64,000 nucleotides of DNA, taken from NCBI GenBank assembly GCA_010093815.1, contig ML996565.1; one strand, written 5' to 3'. The stretch comes from Pseudovirgaria hyperparasitica. Taxonomy: Eukaryota. Positions 26,033 through 38,265 of the stretch are shown piece after piece; the first letter of the stretch is position 1; each line of letters starts with the position of its first letter. A program made the position numbers and the translations under genes. The notes under the pieces are model-generated. The model worked only from the letters and a program-made list of their open reading frames with translations, was not told where the DNA came from and did not search any database.

Positions 26033-27182
26033 GTTGACGATCGTATCGTGCTACACGTAGGTTGTCTATTTCGACGGCTGGTGAGAAGCTCTGGATATGA
26101 ATTCTGACAATGCGGAGGCAGCGCACATAATCAATTTATAGGTAAAAATCGCCGCCTGTGCCGTCGCATGCGCGCAGCCAGGAAAATCTGCAACTGAGTA
26201 ATTACCACAGAAGCTCGAATAACGTCAACGGTCAGATGCTGCCTAGCCAACTCCGGGAAGACGGGGGCCAAATGACCAAGCACTAGGTAAGGATGAGTGT
26301 TGGTAACTGTGCCCCAGCGGCTCAGCCTCGTCCAAGAGCTGACCATCATGTTTCTATGGTAAATAATAGCAGTACCTGTTAATGGTTATGACGAAAGGCG
26401 GTAATTGGGTTTGGCGTGTCGGTGTCAGCCTCGCCGGCGTCGCGAGTTATTTCCGTGTATGGCCAAGTGTATGGCGCGAAGCAGTGTAGTGTGTTCCTGG
26501 GCGCCTTGGGTAGTTGGTGCCAGCGGTGCAGGATTTGCGAACGCGAACAGTCAGATGAGACTGTCTGGGTTCGTGTTGAGGTGAATATAGTGAGTGTATT
26601 CACGCAAGCTCTTATAACCCAAGGCGATATCCATGCAGACGTGAAAGCAGTGTAGTTGTTCAAGGGAGAGGATGATCAAGATATGAGACTATGCCAAAAG
26701 TGGCAGTCCAAGCGATATCCGAGGCTGGACTGACTCGCTGCGGACTTGTGTGGGACGGAGGAGCCAAGTTCTGATGAATTGACTTTTAAGCAAACAATAG
26801 AGCGGCGCAGGTAAGGTCTGATTGGATACAGACTGTTTGGCCAGAGGATTCGATATTGATCTTGGAAGCCCGTTGATCTACGAGCTCAAGATTGTTTGGA
26901 TGCAAGACTAAGCCTCTTTCAACGTCGAACTGGCACCAATTCATGTACTCCAGTCCACTGTTCAGGCTGTTGAGATTTGATGGCTTTGTTGCTGCAGGTG
27001 GTCATGCCAGCAGTATTGCCAGTAAAATTGATCAAACTGACGTGTGTGGCGTCATAAGTTTTCCCGTCGGTCTTCTTGGTAACGCGAAGGATATGAATGA
27101 ACATCTCATACACGAATGCGAGATTATGGCAAAGTACAAGATTGAGGCTGAGTCAATGATCGCTCTTGTCACATGGTGTGGC

Positions 27183-29033
27183 TTACAGAAAGACGTAACT
27201 TTTCGATGGTGTTCTCTTGGCAGAGCTCTGCTTGGACTGTTGCACGGCGACATCGTCCACTGTAATCTTCGACGCGCAGCACTCGCGGCCCCTCCAGCCT
27301 TTGCAGGTTGCGGTACAATGAGATGTCTCTGGTGTAGATATTGGCAGTTCGGCGTCGCTGAAGATCTGTACATGCCGGAATCGTTTCGTGTTCGGCAGCG
27401 GTAAGGTGTTCTTAAAATGCGTCTGACCTTTTCTCAGATCAAGCAAGTTGCAGGGCTTGGGGGTCTTCAGCTTATTCTCAGCGGCAGGATGGCAATGAAT
27501 ATCATAGAAGTCACCTTCCTCAAGTTCGACTACCTTCTGCATGATGCTAGCAGTGACTGCGCCATTCCAAAGACATTCGCTGAACCGAGTCCTCGCTAGA
27601 AAATCAATGGCCTTACGGCGAATCGATGGGTTGCGGCATTTCATGGCGGTGACAGTCAATGGAGGTATAATTCCTGATCCCATAACAAACTTCTTTCGAG
27701 ACTCTCTCGGGTTCGAATAACACGGTGGCGGACTGACGTATTCGTCCAATGTCACCGCCTCGTCGATGATTGCTTGAAACTCGGGGTTGTAATCGTCGTA
27801 GACCATCTCGTCTAAAATGGTGTCCTCTTCAGGCATGGTTGACAACCAAATGTATGTCATGATATATCGCATGCGTGATACACGCACGGCGATAGACCTT
27901 TCTATAGGATTCAGGCGGCGTCGGTCGTCAATCATGTCATTGAAGAGCAAGAGCCATCGTGCGAGGAACACCTGTAATTCTGATTTCCTGGAAGCGCTGA
28001 TACCCTCTCGACAGGGCGTGCATACGCCGTCGATTGTCCAGAGTAGCCGATAGGAAGTAAAGATCTGGCCTTGAATCGACTCGATGACCTCCGACGATTC
28101 CTGGAGACTGGCAAAGCGCGTGAGATATTTCAGGTCCTGGAGGTTAGTATAACTCCACGGGATCGTATGAATATCTGGATAGCCTAGTATACAAGATTGC
28201 AGATTCATGCGGACAACTGCTAACAGAATTTCTTTGTCGATAGAAGCTGGGACTCGCTCAGCCCGTGATATTTTGGATGGGTATGTCTTGACAAGCGCTA
28301 TGGATGCCTCACGATGGGCTATGGCCGTGACACATGAGCCGCGAGCAATATCGATGCACATGAAGAGTATGCATGATACAAGAATTGTCTGGAGACTTTC
28401 ATGCTCAGAGTCCTTGGATTGGAAGAAGGGTTGCAGCAGCCGAATCGACTTATTGTAATGCCATAGTGATACCTTTTCTAGGCGCGAGTAGCTCTCATCA
28501 TCGACGTGCTCCTGTGCACGCTGCAGAGTAGCCAGACTCGCCACGCCGTGTAAAATGGCGCGGTTGTTTAAGCAGAATTTCGGGACAATCTGCTTCCAGA
28601 AGTTGCCTGGAGATGATCCGATAAGCTTGTTCGATCCTATGAGCCGGAAGTATTCAAAGCAATCGAATTCCTGTTTATCAAATCGCATGTCAATAGGTAA
28701 GAGCCCTTGGAATACATCTGCCAAAAGGGGGCTCTTGACCACAGTAGTCGTGTCGATCTTGGCGTCATATGTGATAGACCAGAAACCATAGCCATCGCAC
28801 TGGCGTCCAGTAGATACGCATTTCTTACAGGAAGGTTTCGTTTCATCGCACTTGATACGACGTGTCCTGTGATGGATGATGAATCAGGTTTATGCAGCAC
28901 AGGCAGGTCACAAGCTGACATACCTGCAGGTACGGCAACCTGTCTTAGATCGATGCTTGAATTGCTTCTGACGTGGAGGATTCGGTATGCGGTTCGTGGA
29001 CGTAACAACAGATAACGCATTCTCTACAGCCAT
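27183..29033 (-). CDS. Zn(II)2Cys6 fungal transcription factor
   Basis: Spliced SKTGCRTC R|TRRIKCDETKPSCKKCVSTGRQCDGY (intron 28923-28867). The C-terminal fungal TF region includes GIIPPL ... KCRNPSIRRKAI. Confidence 0.92.
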
Positions 29034-31259
29034 GTTAACTTCTAATGGTCCAGAGGAATGATTTGTTCTAATCGAGAACAATGAATGCTTCTGAAGCCCA
29101 TGACAACAGTGGCTTGAGTTGCCTACAGCGTCTTGGGTCAGCAGTCTCGGTTGACAATTCTTCCTCTCGGTCTAAAGTAAGTACGAAGCCAAGGAGCTTT
29201 ATGCTGCCATCAGTGGAGAACTTATGGCGGTGCGTGTGGCTGCGTATGGACAAGAATAGACATTATTGGGACAGCCGGAATCACACTCGTGTACAGTTAT
29301 TGGTGTGTTCGTTTATCCTTAACTCTGATTGGTATATTTGTCATGTCTGACTGCATGCTACCAGGTCAGCACGGCGTAATTTCGGTGGAATTGCGCGTTC
29401 AGCTCTCGTATAGCCTCTGATTACCACTTGTTAACCAGGCGAGAATTCTTAACCTTTCATATATTTCTTCTCATATCTCAAGCCCATAGAACTGCCGAAT
29501 GTGTAGAGCATGCAGTTCGGCGGCAATTCCGAATATCCTCGCTTCGTTCCTCAGCGCCACTGGCTACTGTTCTTCGGAAACAAATCATAGTATACGTACG
29601 CTACATCGATACAATAGTACAATTGTGAATGCTACCCTACATGAGAAACAGCACTCCGAAATGCCACAGGGACGCCTCCTTGTGTGAAGACAATCCACCT
29701 CCTATGGCAGCACCAGGCAAGCAGGTAAATCATCAACAAAGCTTACAGCTAAACCGAGTCATCCATCGCACCTCGCCGCCCGTACGGCTCCTCTCCATCT
29801 CACTACCGGCGCGACTCATCTCCGACAACCATTATAGGCTATACAATTACGTTCCATTCTCCATGTCAGACGTCTTGTCTCTATTGCGACTATCTAATTC
29901 AAATCGATCTTGCTAGTGTTTATTTGATGATCACGCTCAATATCATCTACAAGGCTGGCTACTCATACTAGATCTTGCACTGCAGCTTTCACATGAAACC
30001 GGCGATCTGCCGATTCTCAGTCTTCTCGGCTGCTTCAACTTTATTCTGTGCTACTCAAAGCCTTAACAATGCCCGTCAATCACCGTCTACTTCTTGCTCA
30101 GATGAGCTGCAACCATCAGGAATGTAAGGCATGTCGCAGTCATGAAAATACATTGCTCTGCTCATTCGTCAACATACAGGTCTCGACCATTCGCGCCATC
30201 CCAGTCTGAATACAAGCGGTCTATCAGCCAGAGGTGTGATAAACCTGATCTGAAAGTTGAGCCGCTTCTGTCCACTCAGACAGGAAGAATTATGTTTATG
30301 TTTTAAGATCTTCTCGCATGTCAACGGTCATGCGGATATGGCGAGGGATGGCCGCGTATCCGTTCCATCGTGGAGTTCACGTGCTTGGAGCTACACAGTA
30401 TCGCCGCATATGCACGATAAGACCCTCGAAAAACTTGACTTTTAGCCTGTCACAAATCCGATACTTCGTGGAAATAAAGCTTTTCCATTGTCACTCAGCG
30501 CTAGTACTCGCTGTCCGTCGCGCATAATCGAATTAAGGCTGCACTCAGCAAGCAAAAGAATTTCATGAATTCCCGGAGAACAACCTAGGCGCGCAACACA
30601 TCGTCATAGAACGGTACTTTCTACGGACACAGTATTTAGATCAGCACTCAGGAACGTTTTATTACTAAAGTAGACCTATACTTACTATTCCGATCCCTAC
30701 TAGCGCATTCTGATTGGTCGCCGGAGTTAAGCGTATTTACCTGACAATTAATCAGCACTTTGTACACCGGCTAACCACTAATCATAATTTGGACATCCTG
30801 GGCGCTTTGGCTATGACTCCAAACTCTATCCCTATCTTTGTTCTCTTTCCAGGTGAAGAAGCATTGCGAAACACCAAGGAAGCTAGTAGAAATGTTGCTG
30901 ACTGAGGCACCTATGGGCGTGCCTTGACTTTATTGGTCCAACTACCCCAGTGTCTCATACAGGCCCCACATATTGTACTGCTTTCAGCAGTGACGATTAG
31001 ACATGTACTCTAGTACGTTGTTAGAAATCCATGGCTGTTACTAATCCTGTGTTGTGTTGTGCTGTGACCTGTCGGAGCAATGAGTATAGATCATATATGA
31101 TGAACAAAGCAGCTCTGACAGTTCTCCATATATACTCTCTCATTGCAATCGTCATTTCCAACTATCTCGCTTGCTGGAGCTTTACATCTCTCATTTTTCT
31201 TCTGCCCCTTCTTTCCTCTCTTCCATCTCTTCATCATCTGGAGCAAAACATAAATCACA

Positions 31260-33074
31260 ATGACGACCACACTGACGCGCTCGACGACGACATCGCAGAC
31301 AGACCTTGACGCTGTGAAAGAAAAAGACGACCATCATGATTCCATCGATCTGGAAAAGGCCCCATCGTCCGCTGCGTCTTCAACCCACAGTCCACTGCCA
31401 TCTCGCAAATATCATGGCCTGTCCTGGTTCGCTGTCTGCGCTGCCGTCTACTCATCCGCGTTCCTCTACGGCCTCGACACTACCATCGTCGCCGACATCC
31501 AGTCCTTTGCCGTCGAAGACTTTGGAGATGTCGAAAAGCTCGGATGGCTTGGAATTGGATTCGCATTGGGCAGCGTAGCAACAATTCTGAGCTTTGGAAA
31601 AGCATATGGGGTCTTTGATGTAAAATGGTATATATCTTCCTTCCTTTGCTGTGGTATTCGTTATGGATATATCCGGACTGACTTTTATCCAGGCTCTTCA
31701 TCGCCTCTCTCGTCATGTTCGAAGCAGGCTCTGCACTATGTGGAGGGGCACCAAGCATGAATGCACTCATCGTCGGTCGCGTGTGGGCCGGCGCAGGTGG
31801 TGCAGGCATGTATCTAGGCGCTCTTAACATTGTGGCGATAAACACCAGCAACAAGGAACGGCCGTTATACACAAGCTTGATCGGCCTCTTCTGGGGGGCT
31901 GGATGTATTCTAGGGCCTGTAATTGGCGGTGCTTTTGCGGACTCGGCTGCGACGTGGCGTTGGGTGAGTTCGATACTGATCTCCAGTGCAACCCGAGAGC
32001 TATGCTGACCGTGCAAAGGCATTCTACATTAATCTCATCCTATTCGCGCTTGTGAGCCCTGTTCTGGTCTTTGTACTGGAATCTTACCTCCCCCAGCCAG
32101 ACAAGACTCTTAGCCAACGCCTCCGCAACATGGACTGGCTTGGGGTAATCCTCAACGCCGCAGTCTACGTGCTCTACACCATGCCACTCACGCTGGGCGG
32201 TACAACATGGTCCTGGACAGAAGGCCGGCAAATTACGCTATACGTCGTCTTCTTCGCCGCACTCATCCTCTTCGCTGTAACCCAGAAATACTCCATCTTC
32301 ACAACCCCTGAGAACCGACTTTTTTCTGTCGACTTCCTCAAGGATCGGACCATGGTGTTACTGTACATCGCCACCTCCTGTGTCGCAAGTACGATGTTCA
32401 TAGTCATCTATTATATCCCCCTATACTTCTCCTTCGTCTTCGGCTTCTCTGGCGTCCAATCCGCGGTCGCATTGCTCCCCTTCATCGTCGTCGCAATCAC
32501 CAGCATCATGCTCAACGGCGCCCTCATGCCTCGCTTCGGATACTACCAGCCGTGGTACATCGCCTCCTTCTTCTTCATGACAATCGGCGGCGCGCTCACA
32601 TACGCCCTCGTCGACGTACACACGTCCAAGTCCACAATCTACGGCTTCTCCGTCCTCATGGCCCTCGGTGCCGGTCTCGCGCAACAAGCAGCTTACAGCG
32701 TCGCTGCAAGCAAAGTCGAACTGCACCGCGTGCCTGATGCCATCGGCTTCATCAACACGAGCCAGATCGGTTCCACCGTCATTGCACTGACGATTACAAG
32801 CGCGATGTTCTAAAATATCGGATATGCGCACGTCAAGGCAGCGTTAAAGGGGCTAGACTTTTCACCAGCGGAAATCAGGGCAGCGTTAACGGGCACGAAG
32901 AGTACTGTGTTTCAGACTGTGGGTGAAGATGTGCGACAAGCGGTGATTGAGGCAATTGTGAAGGCCATTAGCAATGCGTATGTGTTGGTAATTGTGGCGG
33001 GGGCTCTGGGGCTCGTGGCGAGCTTGCTGATGAGGAGAGAGAAGCTCTTTATGGAGATCGTGGCTGGGGGTTAG
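31260..33074 (+). pseudogene. DHA2-type (14-TM) MFS efflux transporter with in-frame premature stop at 32811-32813
   Basis: LYGLDTTIVADIQ, FEAGSALCGGAP, LGPVIGGAF and TWRW|AFYIN. TAA sits where F-Q-N is expected, and the frame continues cleanly to a natural end (REKLFMEIVAGG*). Confidence 0.82.
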
Positions 33075-33699
33075 TGGAGTGCAGAATGAGCGGTGTACGG
33101 AATTGGCACATAAGAGTTTGGCAGGCTGTGGAAGGCGTCGCCTAACTGACATCCTATCAATGTGCGCATGGTGGATTTGATTATAGACATAATACCTGTC
33201 AGAAGTGGGACGGATTTGGTCATTTGGATAGAAAGTGTGTACACATGATTGTATAATCAGATACTATAATAATCAATCTCGTTGAATATATTCAGTAGTC
33301 CATATCTCTTCAGTGCATGAACCAACCATCAAAGCATGCGTGCTATCGCTAATAATATACTCTCTACATTTAACATCTATTGCTAGAATTTATTCTGTAA
33401 GACGATCTTTAAAGAATGAATTGACCAGATTCTCTTTAATCAGCATCACACACATAGTTTCTACTGACAATGTAGTAGTGCGTGTCACGCCATTTGCTTA
33501 CATCAAACCGCATTGAAGGGCAGTGAAAGTGCCTTCTACTGGCATAATTCGGTGTATATGATACTATCTATCTGGAACTATCACGCGGTCAGTCAATACA
33601 CTTTACCCTTGATCCTTCAACAGCATCCAGATATGCGGGCACTATGACATTAAGGCAGTATGAAGGGATGTCATCTTAGTTCTATAAGCAACTCTAACT

Positions 33700-34220
33700 T
33701 TTCATCTCATAAATCTATCCACATGTATCACAGTTGTTGATGTTGCTCTTTCACAGTGCTAAGGCTTGGTGAAGCTGAGACTTGGTATTAGTATCTCCAA
33801 TATTGGTTAAAACAAATGTAAGATTACTTGAGATATATGGTATATCAGTATCTATAAGCTTATACCCACTACTTCTTTGAAACATAGCATGCTGAGTGTA
33901 TAGAGATAAATATATGTACAGATAAGATTTCGTTATATATATATATGACATATGCACTTCTCGTCTTCTATCTTTCTACGAGAAAATCCTAATTTTGAAA
34001 CGCTGTAGTGTTATAAATAAATATAATTCACTACCTAGAGTGATAAGCTTAAAATACTCTAAGTAGATATTCAAGCGTATAGGTTTAAGACAGGCTTGCT
34101 TTATCTTTCGACTACTGTCTAATCTTAGGTCTATAGGGTACACCAGCCTGCTTAAAATCTTTACAGGGGTGATGATACTACAGCTGATCTCCGTCAACAG
34201 TTTCATAGTCCTCAGTAGTG
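33700..34220. other. AT/TpA-rich tract, probable RIP-mutated relic
   Basis: Visually depleted in CpA/TpG and rich in TpA, with many TAG/TAA stops. Similar tracts lie at about 2280-2720, 6480-7400 and 9400-10500. Confidence 0.5.
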
Positions 34221-34380
34221 AGTCTCGATTTGCTATATGGGATAATTGTAAATATGTTCGTGCTTCATGAGCATATTATTAGATGCGATAACCCAAGGTC
34301 ATCACGGGGCTATGACGTTGCCGAAATGACAACACTGGAGTATTTTGGGGTTTGCTGTCCCCACTGCATTTGGCTTTTCC

Positions 34381-35214
34381 TCAGGCACTCTTCTCCCCAT
34401 CGTTTAGTGCTTTCATCAGGACATCCGTAGTACATGGGCTCCATCCATACGCAACACATCGTAAGTGAGATTCACTCAGACCCGAAGCCGGCTGATCTGT
34501 CTGCCACAGGAACTCGACGTCCTTTCTTTCTGGGAGTCTCCCCCTGTTCTTCTCCTTCATAATGCCCTCCAGTACTCCCTGTCGCACAATAGCCATATCC
34601 CTCTCAGCTGGCACACTCTCATCCATCAATACATTCGCCAACTTCTTCCCCTTTGCCAGTCCTGCATATTTCTCGGCCCAGACCAGCGCCTCCTCATCGG
34701 CCAAGTCCTCAATAAGCGGCAAGTAGGCCTCTACAACATCTTTCTTGAGTAAAGGGAAAGTGGGCTCAGAATCCTTTGCAGACGGATATGTGACATCCAG
34801 CCATTCGCGGAAGACCTTCTGCGCTGCCTTCATGTCAGATGAAGTGGAGATATGTGGATGGTGCGTAGCGCGGTGGTACATCGTATTGATCGTCTGGTAC
34901 TGATAAAGAAGACTGCGTTTTGAAACCAAGGATATAGTTTCGTGGGCTTTAGCGGCGTCTTTGAAGCCTGTCCCGTGGATTGTTGTGGATGGGTTGTCAT
35001 CAGTGTAGAGGTGAGACGCTTTAGGGTCCTTGGCTTTTGGAGTTGGTTTCTTTATTGTGGACGGCTCTTCTTCCTTTTTCTCATCTGTTTGAGAGGCATC
35101 TTTTTTGCCACCTTGGCTCTTGTGAGAAGCTTTTTGTTTGCTTTGCGAAGGTTTTGAGTATGGCTTTGTCTTGGCGGCCGCCGATAGCCCAGATGAGCGG
35201 GTGGCGCGAGGCAT
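34381..35214 (-). CDS. Conserved hypothetical protein (HLYTDDNP...HGTGFKD motif)
   Basis: Intronless ORF of about 277 aa from MPRATRS. Lys-rich N-terminus followed by a globular region. Confidence 0.8.
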   Translation of the reverse strand: MPRATRSSGLSAAAKTKPYSKPSQSKQKASHKSQGGKKDASQTDEKKEEEPSTIKKPTPKAKDPKASHLYTDDNPSTTIHGTGFKDAAKAHETISLVSKRSLLYQYQTINTMYHRATHHPHISTSSDMKAAQKVFREWLDVTYPSAKDSEPTFPLLKKDVVEAYLPLIEDLADEEALVWAEKYAGLAKGKKLANVLMDESVPAERDMAIVRQGVLEGIMKEKNRGRLPERKDVEFLWQTDQPASGLSESHLRCVAYGWSPCTTDVLMKALNDGEKSA

Positions 35215-35888
35215 CGTGCAGAGAGAAATCACATGGAAAGTTTGGCTTGTACGACTGGGAAAGATAATTAGCTTAAGGCACAATATAATGTCCTGCTAGG
35301 TTGTAACTGAGTGGAGCTTGACATTGGCCATGCAGCAGTCGCTCCATGACGTCAGACACGAATAGTCCGAGCGGCCGCAAGCAGCTGCACCTAAGTAGAA
35401 ATGCCAAACCTCCACCGTCAAACTGAAAAGAAGCAGATATTTTGCGACTGTATTACAAATCGTAAACAAACTGTCAATTCAATCGCGTGCAAGTATAGAG
35501 TAATTGCTCAGCAGACTGACAAAGATAGAACGAAAGATTTCAGATGTCTTATACTCAGTCCAGGTCCCGACATATCCCGTCCCTGTATTTTTGGAAGGAT
35601 TGACTGCTTATATACTTGACCAAGTGCACATATGGATGCAGGTGTCGAGTTTCACTACATTCGTTGTTTACATGTACCCTGATAAGCAGCTATTTACCTC
35701 ATCAGGCATAGCGTCTACTTGTCCTCGGTTAATGGTCCGTTGGATCTTCAGAGCTTTGCGTCATCTATAGATAATGGCATGCATGGGTTAGGGATAGTCA
35801 TAGGACGTCATATTCCCATGAGTTCTTCCCAGTGCCTCATCTTTTCACACCCACTGTTGTCAAGACTCTAGACAATACGCCCCTCACA

Positions 35889-36555
35889 ATGTCAGTCGAG
35901 AAGAAAGCAGACACAATCAAGCAAAAAGCTGCCGATGATGGGGTCGCCAACCCGTCCGGTGCAGCTGTTGCAGGCTTCGCTGGTCTGTACCTTGCATTCA
36001 TTCCAGTAACGTAAGTCTATTATTATTCACCATATAATATGATACATCCTGATCATCAACAGGAACTACCTCGCATCTACCGGAGCCCTCGAATCCTTTG
36101 TTCAAGGTACAGCGCGTCTCATTCCTGGCTTTAGTAACACCCTGACTTCCGACCGCACCATCCCCGCTCTCTCAGCCCTATACATGTTTCTCACATTTGG
36201 AGCCACTGGCGCCGTCAGTGCTGCTGGCCAGGCGATGTCGAGGTCGGAAGGTCTTGACAATAATCACCCACGTCAGCACCTCAACGATATGAGAGGTCTG
36301 CCGTTGCGCATGCGCTCTGCTCATTTGGGACTACTGGAGAACTTTGCGGGATATGCTCTTGCAGCAGCACTTACGCAGAGCCTAGCGCCGGGAAATAAGG
36401 AGCTAATCAACTTACTTGGGCTGCATGTGTTGTTAAAGTTGGGTGTTTACTATCCAGCATACCTTTTGAACATTGGTCCGCCTAGAACTTTTGCGCATGT
36501 TATTGCTACATCGAGTATAGTCAGTGCCCTCTGGAAGCTGGCTGCTGGTGCGTAG
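35889..36555 (+). CDS. MAPEG-family membrane protein
   Basis: Two exons (intron 36011-36062). Motifs GLDNNHPR, RMRSAHLGLLENF and VYYPAYL..IGPPRT. Confidence 0.85.
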
Positions 36556-37071
36556 GCTTAGTATGAATATGATAAGTAACTACACCATTGATGTTAACAC
36601 ATGACGGTATATACACACACGGAATGTGCAATGTAAAGCATCAGTAGCAATGTCAATCCCCTTTGATGAGCATTGACTCTTGTCATATGACTGCCAATAA
36701 CACTGTCAATGTCATTATATAAATGTATGGAACATAAGCGAGCACAGCGTAACGTAATCATGTGACTTATTCAATATCGTATAATTATGTTCACGCCAAT
36801 TCGTAGTCGGAATAGTGCTGACAGATTCGAGCTATGAAGTGAGCACTTAGTAACAACCCCATGGTATCATCCTCATACCAACACCAACCTAATACTAGTC
36901 GGTTTCGGTTTCGGATTAGAATGAATTACCCAATTCAGGAAAACTTCGCGAAGCTAGTCATATTATTTCTACCTATACCCACGAGTATGCCCGTGCCTTT
37001 CACCGTTTTATTCCATTCATGGTTCATCATCAAACGGCTTTGTATTGAGACATATTCAGACTTGACTAACC

Positions 37072-38073
37072 ATGTCAAACCTCCTCAAGGACCGTTTAGA
37101 TCTTCAACAACAATCTCCACACACATACACCGCAGCATGGCACGATGACTACAGCGCTGGGCCGTCCGTACATGGTGGCTCCATAGCAGCCATCATCCAC
37201 GCCGCAGCTTCCCTCCATCTCAGAAGTACCCTCTCCTCCTTTGATCAACCAGACGTACATACTATGCACGTTGAATTCCTCCGTCTAGGCGCACACGAAC
37301 CTTTCACCATCAGCATAACCGACACCAAAACAGGCCGCGGCACCAATTTCCTCCAAGTACACGTCTTGCAAGCCAAAATCCTCCGAGCAATTGCTTCAAT
37401 CACATCCACAAACTTTGACATATCTTTTGGACCCACCAAAAGGTCTGAAGCCGCGCTACACCCGCCACTCACGCCCATCCCGGACTTCGAAAAAGTTGCT
37501 GCAAATGAAGTCGAAGCGAATTGGCTCCCAGGCTGCTACACCAGTGAAGTTGTCGGGCTTAGTAATCGCATCCATACCCTTTACCCGCGACTCGGCTTTC
37601 CAATCACCGGCGTGCATGATATGTGGATGTCATTCGCCGACCCTGAACGTATTACATCGACACATCTAGCGCTACAGTGTGATATGCAGCCCTCCTTGTC
37701 CGATACCATGCGACGAACTGGGAGTATTTTCGACGCGCATCGAATTCATGAGACATTTGCGACCGGTGCGCGAGAAAATCCTGGACTTGAGGTGCGGTAT
37801 GAATTAAAGATGGAGGAGGCTAAGAGGGCGGAGACGTGGATGAGTACTTTGACCCTGGACGCGGAGTACAAGAGGAGAGTTGGGGATGAAGGGCTGAGAT
37901 GGGTTCGTTGTAGAACCGTGGTGGACGGACTGAGGGAAGGGAGGATGGATATGAGTGTGACTTTGGGCGATGAGAGCGGAGAGACAGTGGTGTTGGCGAG
38001 GCAGGCTGTACTAGTACTCGATACGAAGAGGAGGTTCAAGGGCAAGGAAAGAGTGCAAGAGGGGAAATTATGA
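37072..38073 (+). CDS. Thioesterase-superfamily (double hot-dog) protein
   Basis: YSAGPSVHGGSIA, QPDVHTMHVEFLR, STLTLDAEYKR and GRMDMSVTLGDESG..VVLARQ. Confidence 0.85.
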   Translation: MSNLLKDRLDLQQQSPHTYTAAWHDDYSAGPSVHGGSIAAIIHAAASLHLRSTLSSFDQPDVHTMHVEFLRLGAHEPFTISITDTKTGRGTNFLQVHVLQAKILRAIASITSTNFDISFGPTKRSEAALHPPLTPIPDFEKVAANEVEANWLPGCYTSEVVGLSNRIHTLYPRLGFPITGVHDMWMSFADPERITSTHLALQCDMQPSLSDTMRRTGSIFDAHRIHETFATGARENPGLEVRYELKMEEAKRAETWMSTLTLDAEYKRRVGDEGLRWVRCRTVVDGLREGRMDMSVTLGDESGETVVLARQAVLVLDTKRRFKGKERVQEGKL

Positions 38074-38265
38074 TGTGAGGATGTCAGGGGCGGCTTGGTC
38101 GAATACAATCGTCAATCATAGGGTAGAGCATAGACAGTCCTCAAACATAAGCGATACACTAGAGTTTGACATGAGAAATCAGTATTAATAGGTTTGAATT
38201 CAAATACTACAAAATAACAGAAAGTAAAGCCGATCAACCTAACTAGGCCTTGTTCCATTGCTCTC

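Noticed and set aside
34131..34159. DFKQAGVPYR, reminiscent of a catalase C-terminal motif, in the TpA-rich tract
   Set aside because: It is a single short motif with no supporting flanking similarity.
27183..37500. Zn2Cys6 + MFS + MAPEG + thioesterase as part of the PKS cluster
   Set aside because: They are about 20 kb from the PKS with housekeeping genes (kinase, VAC8, NAD kinase) in between, and there is no evidence of linkage.
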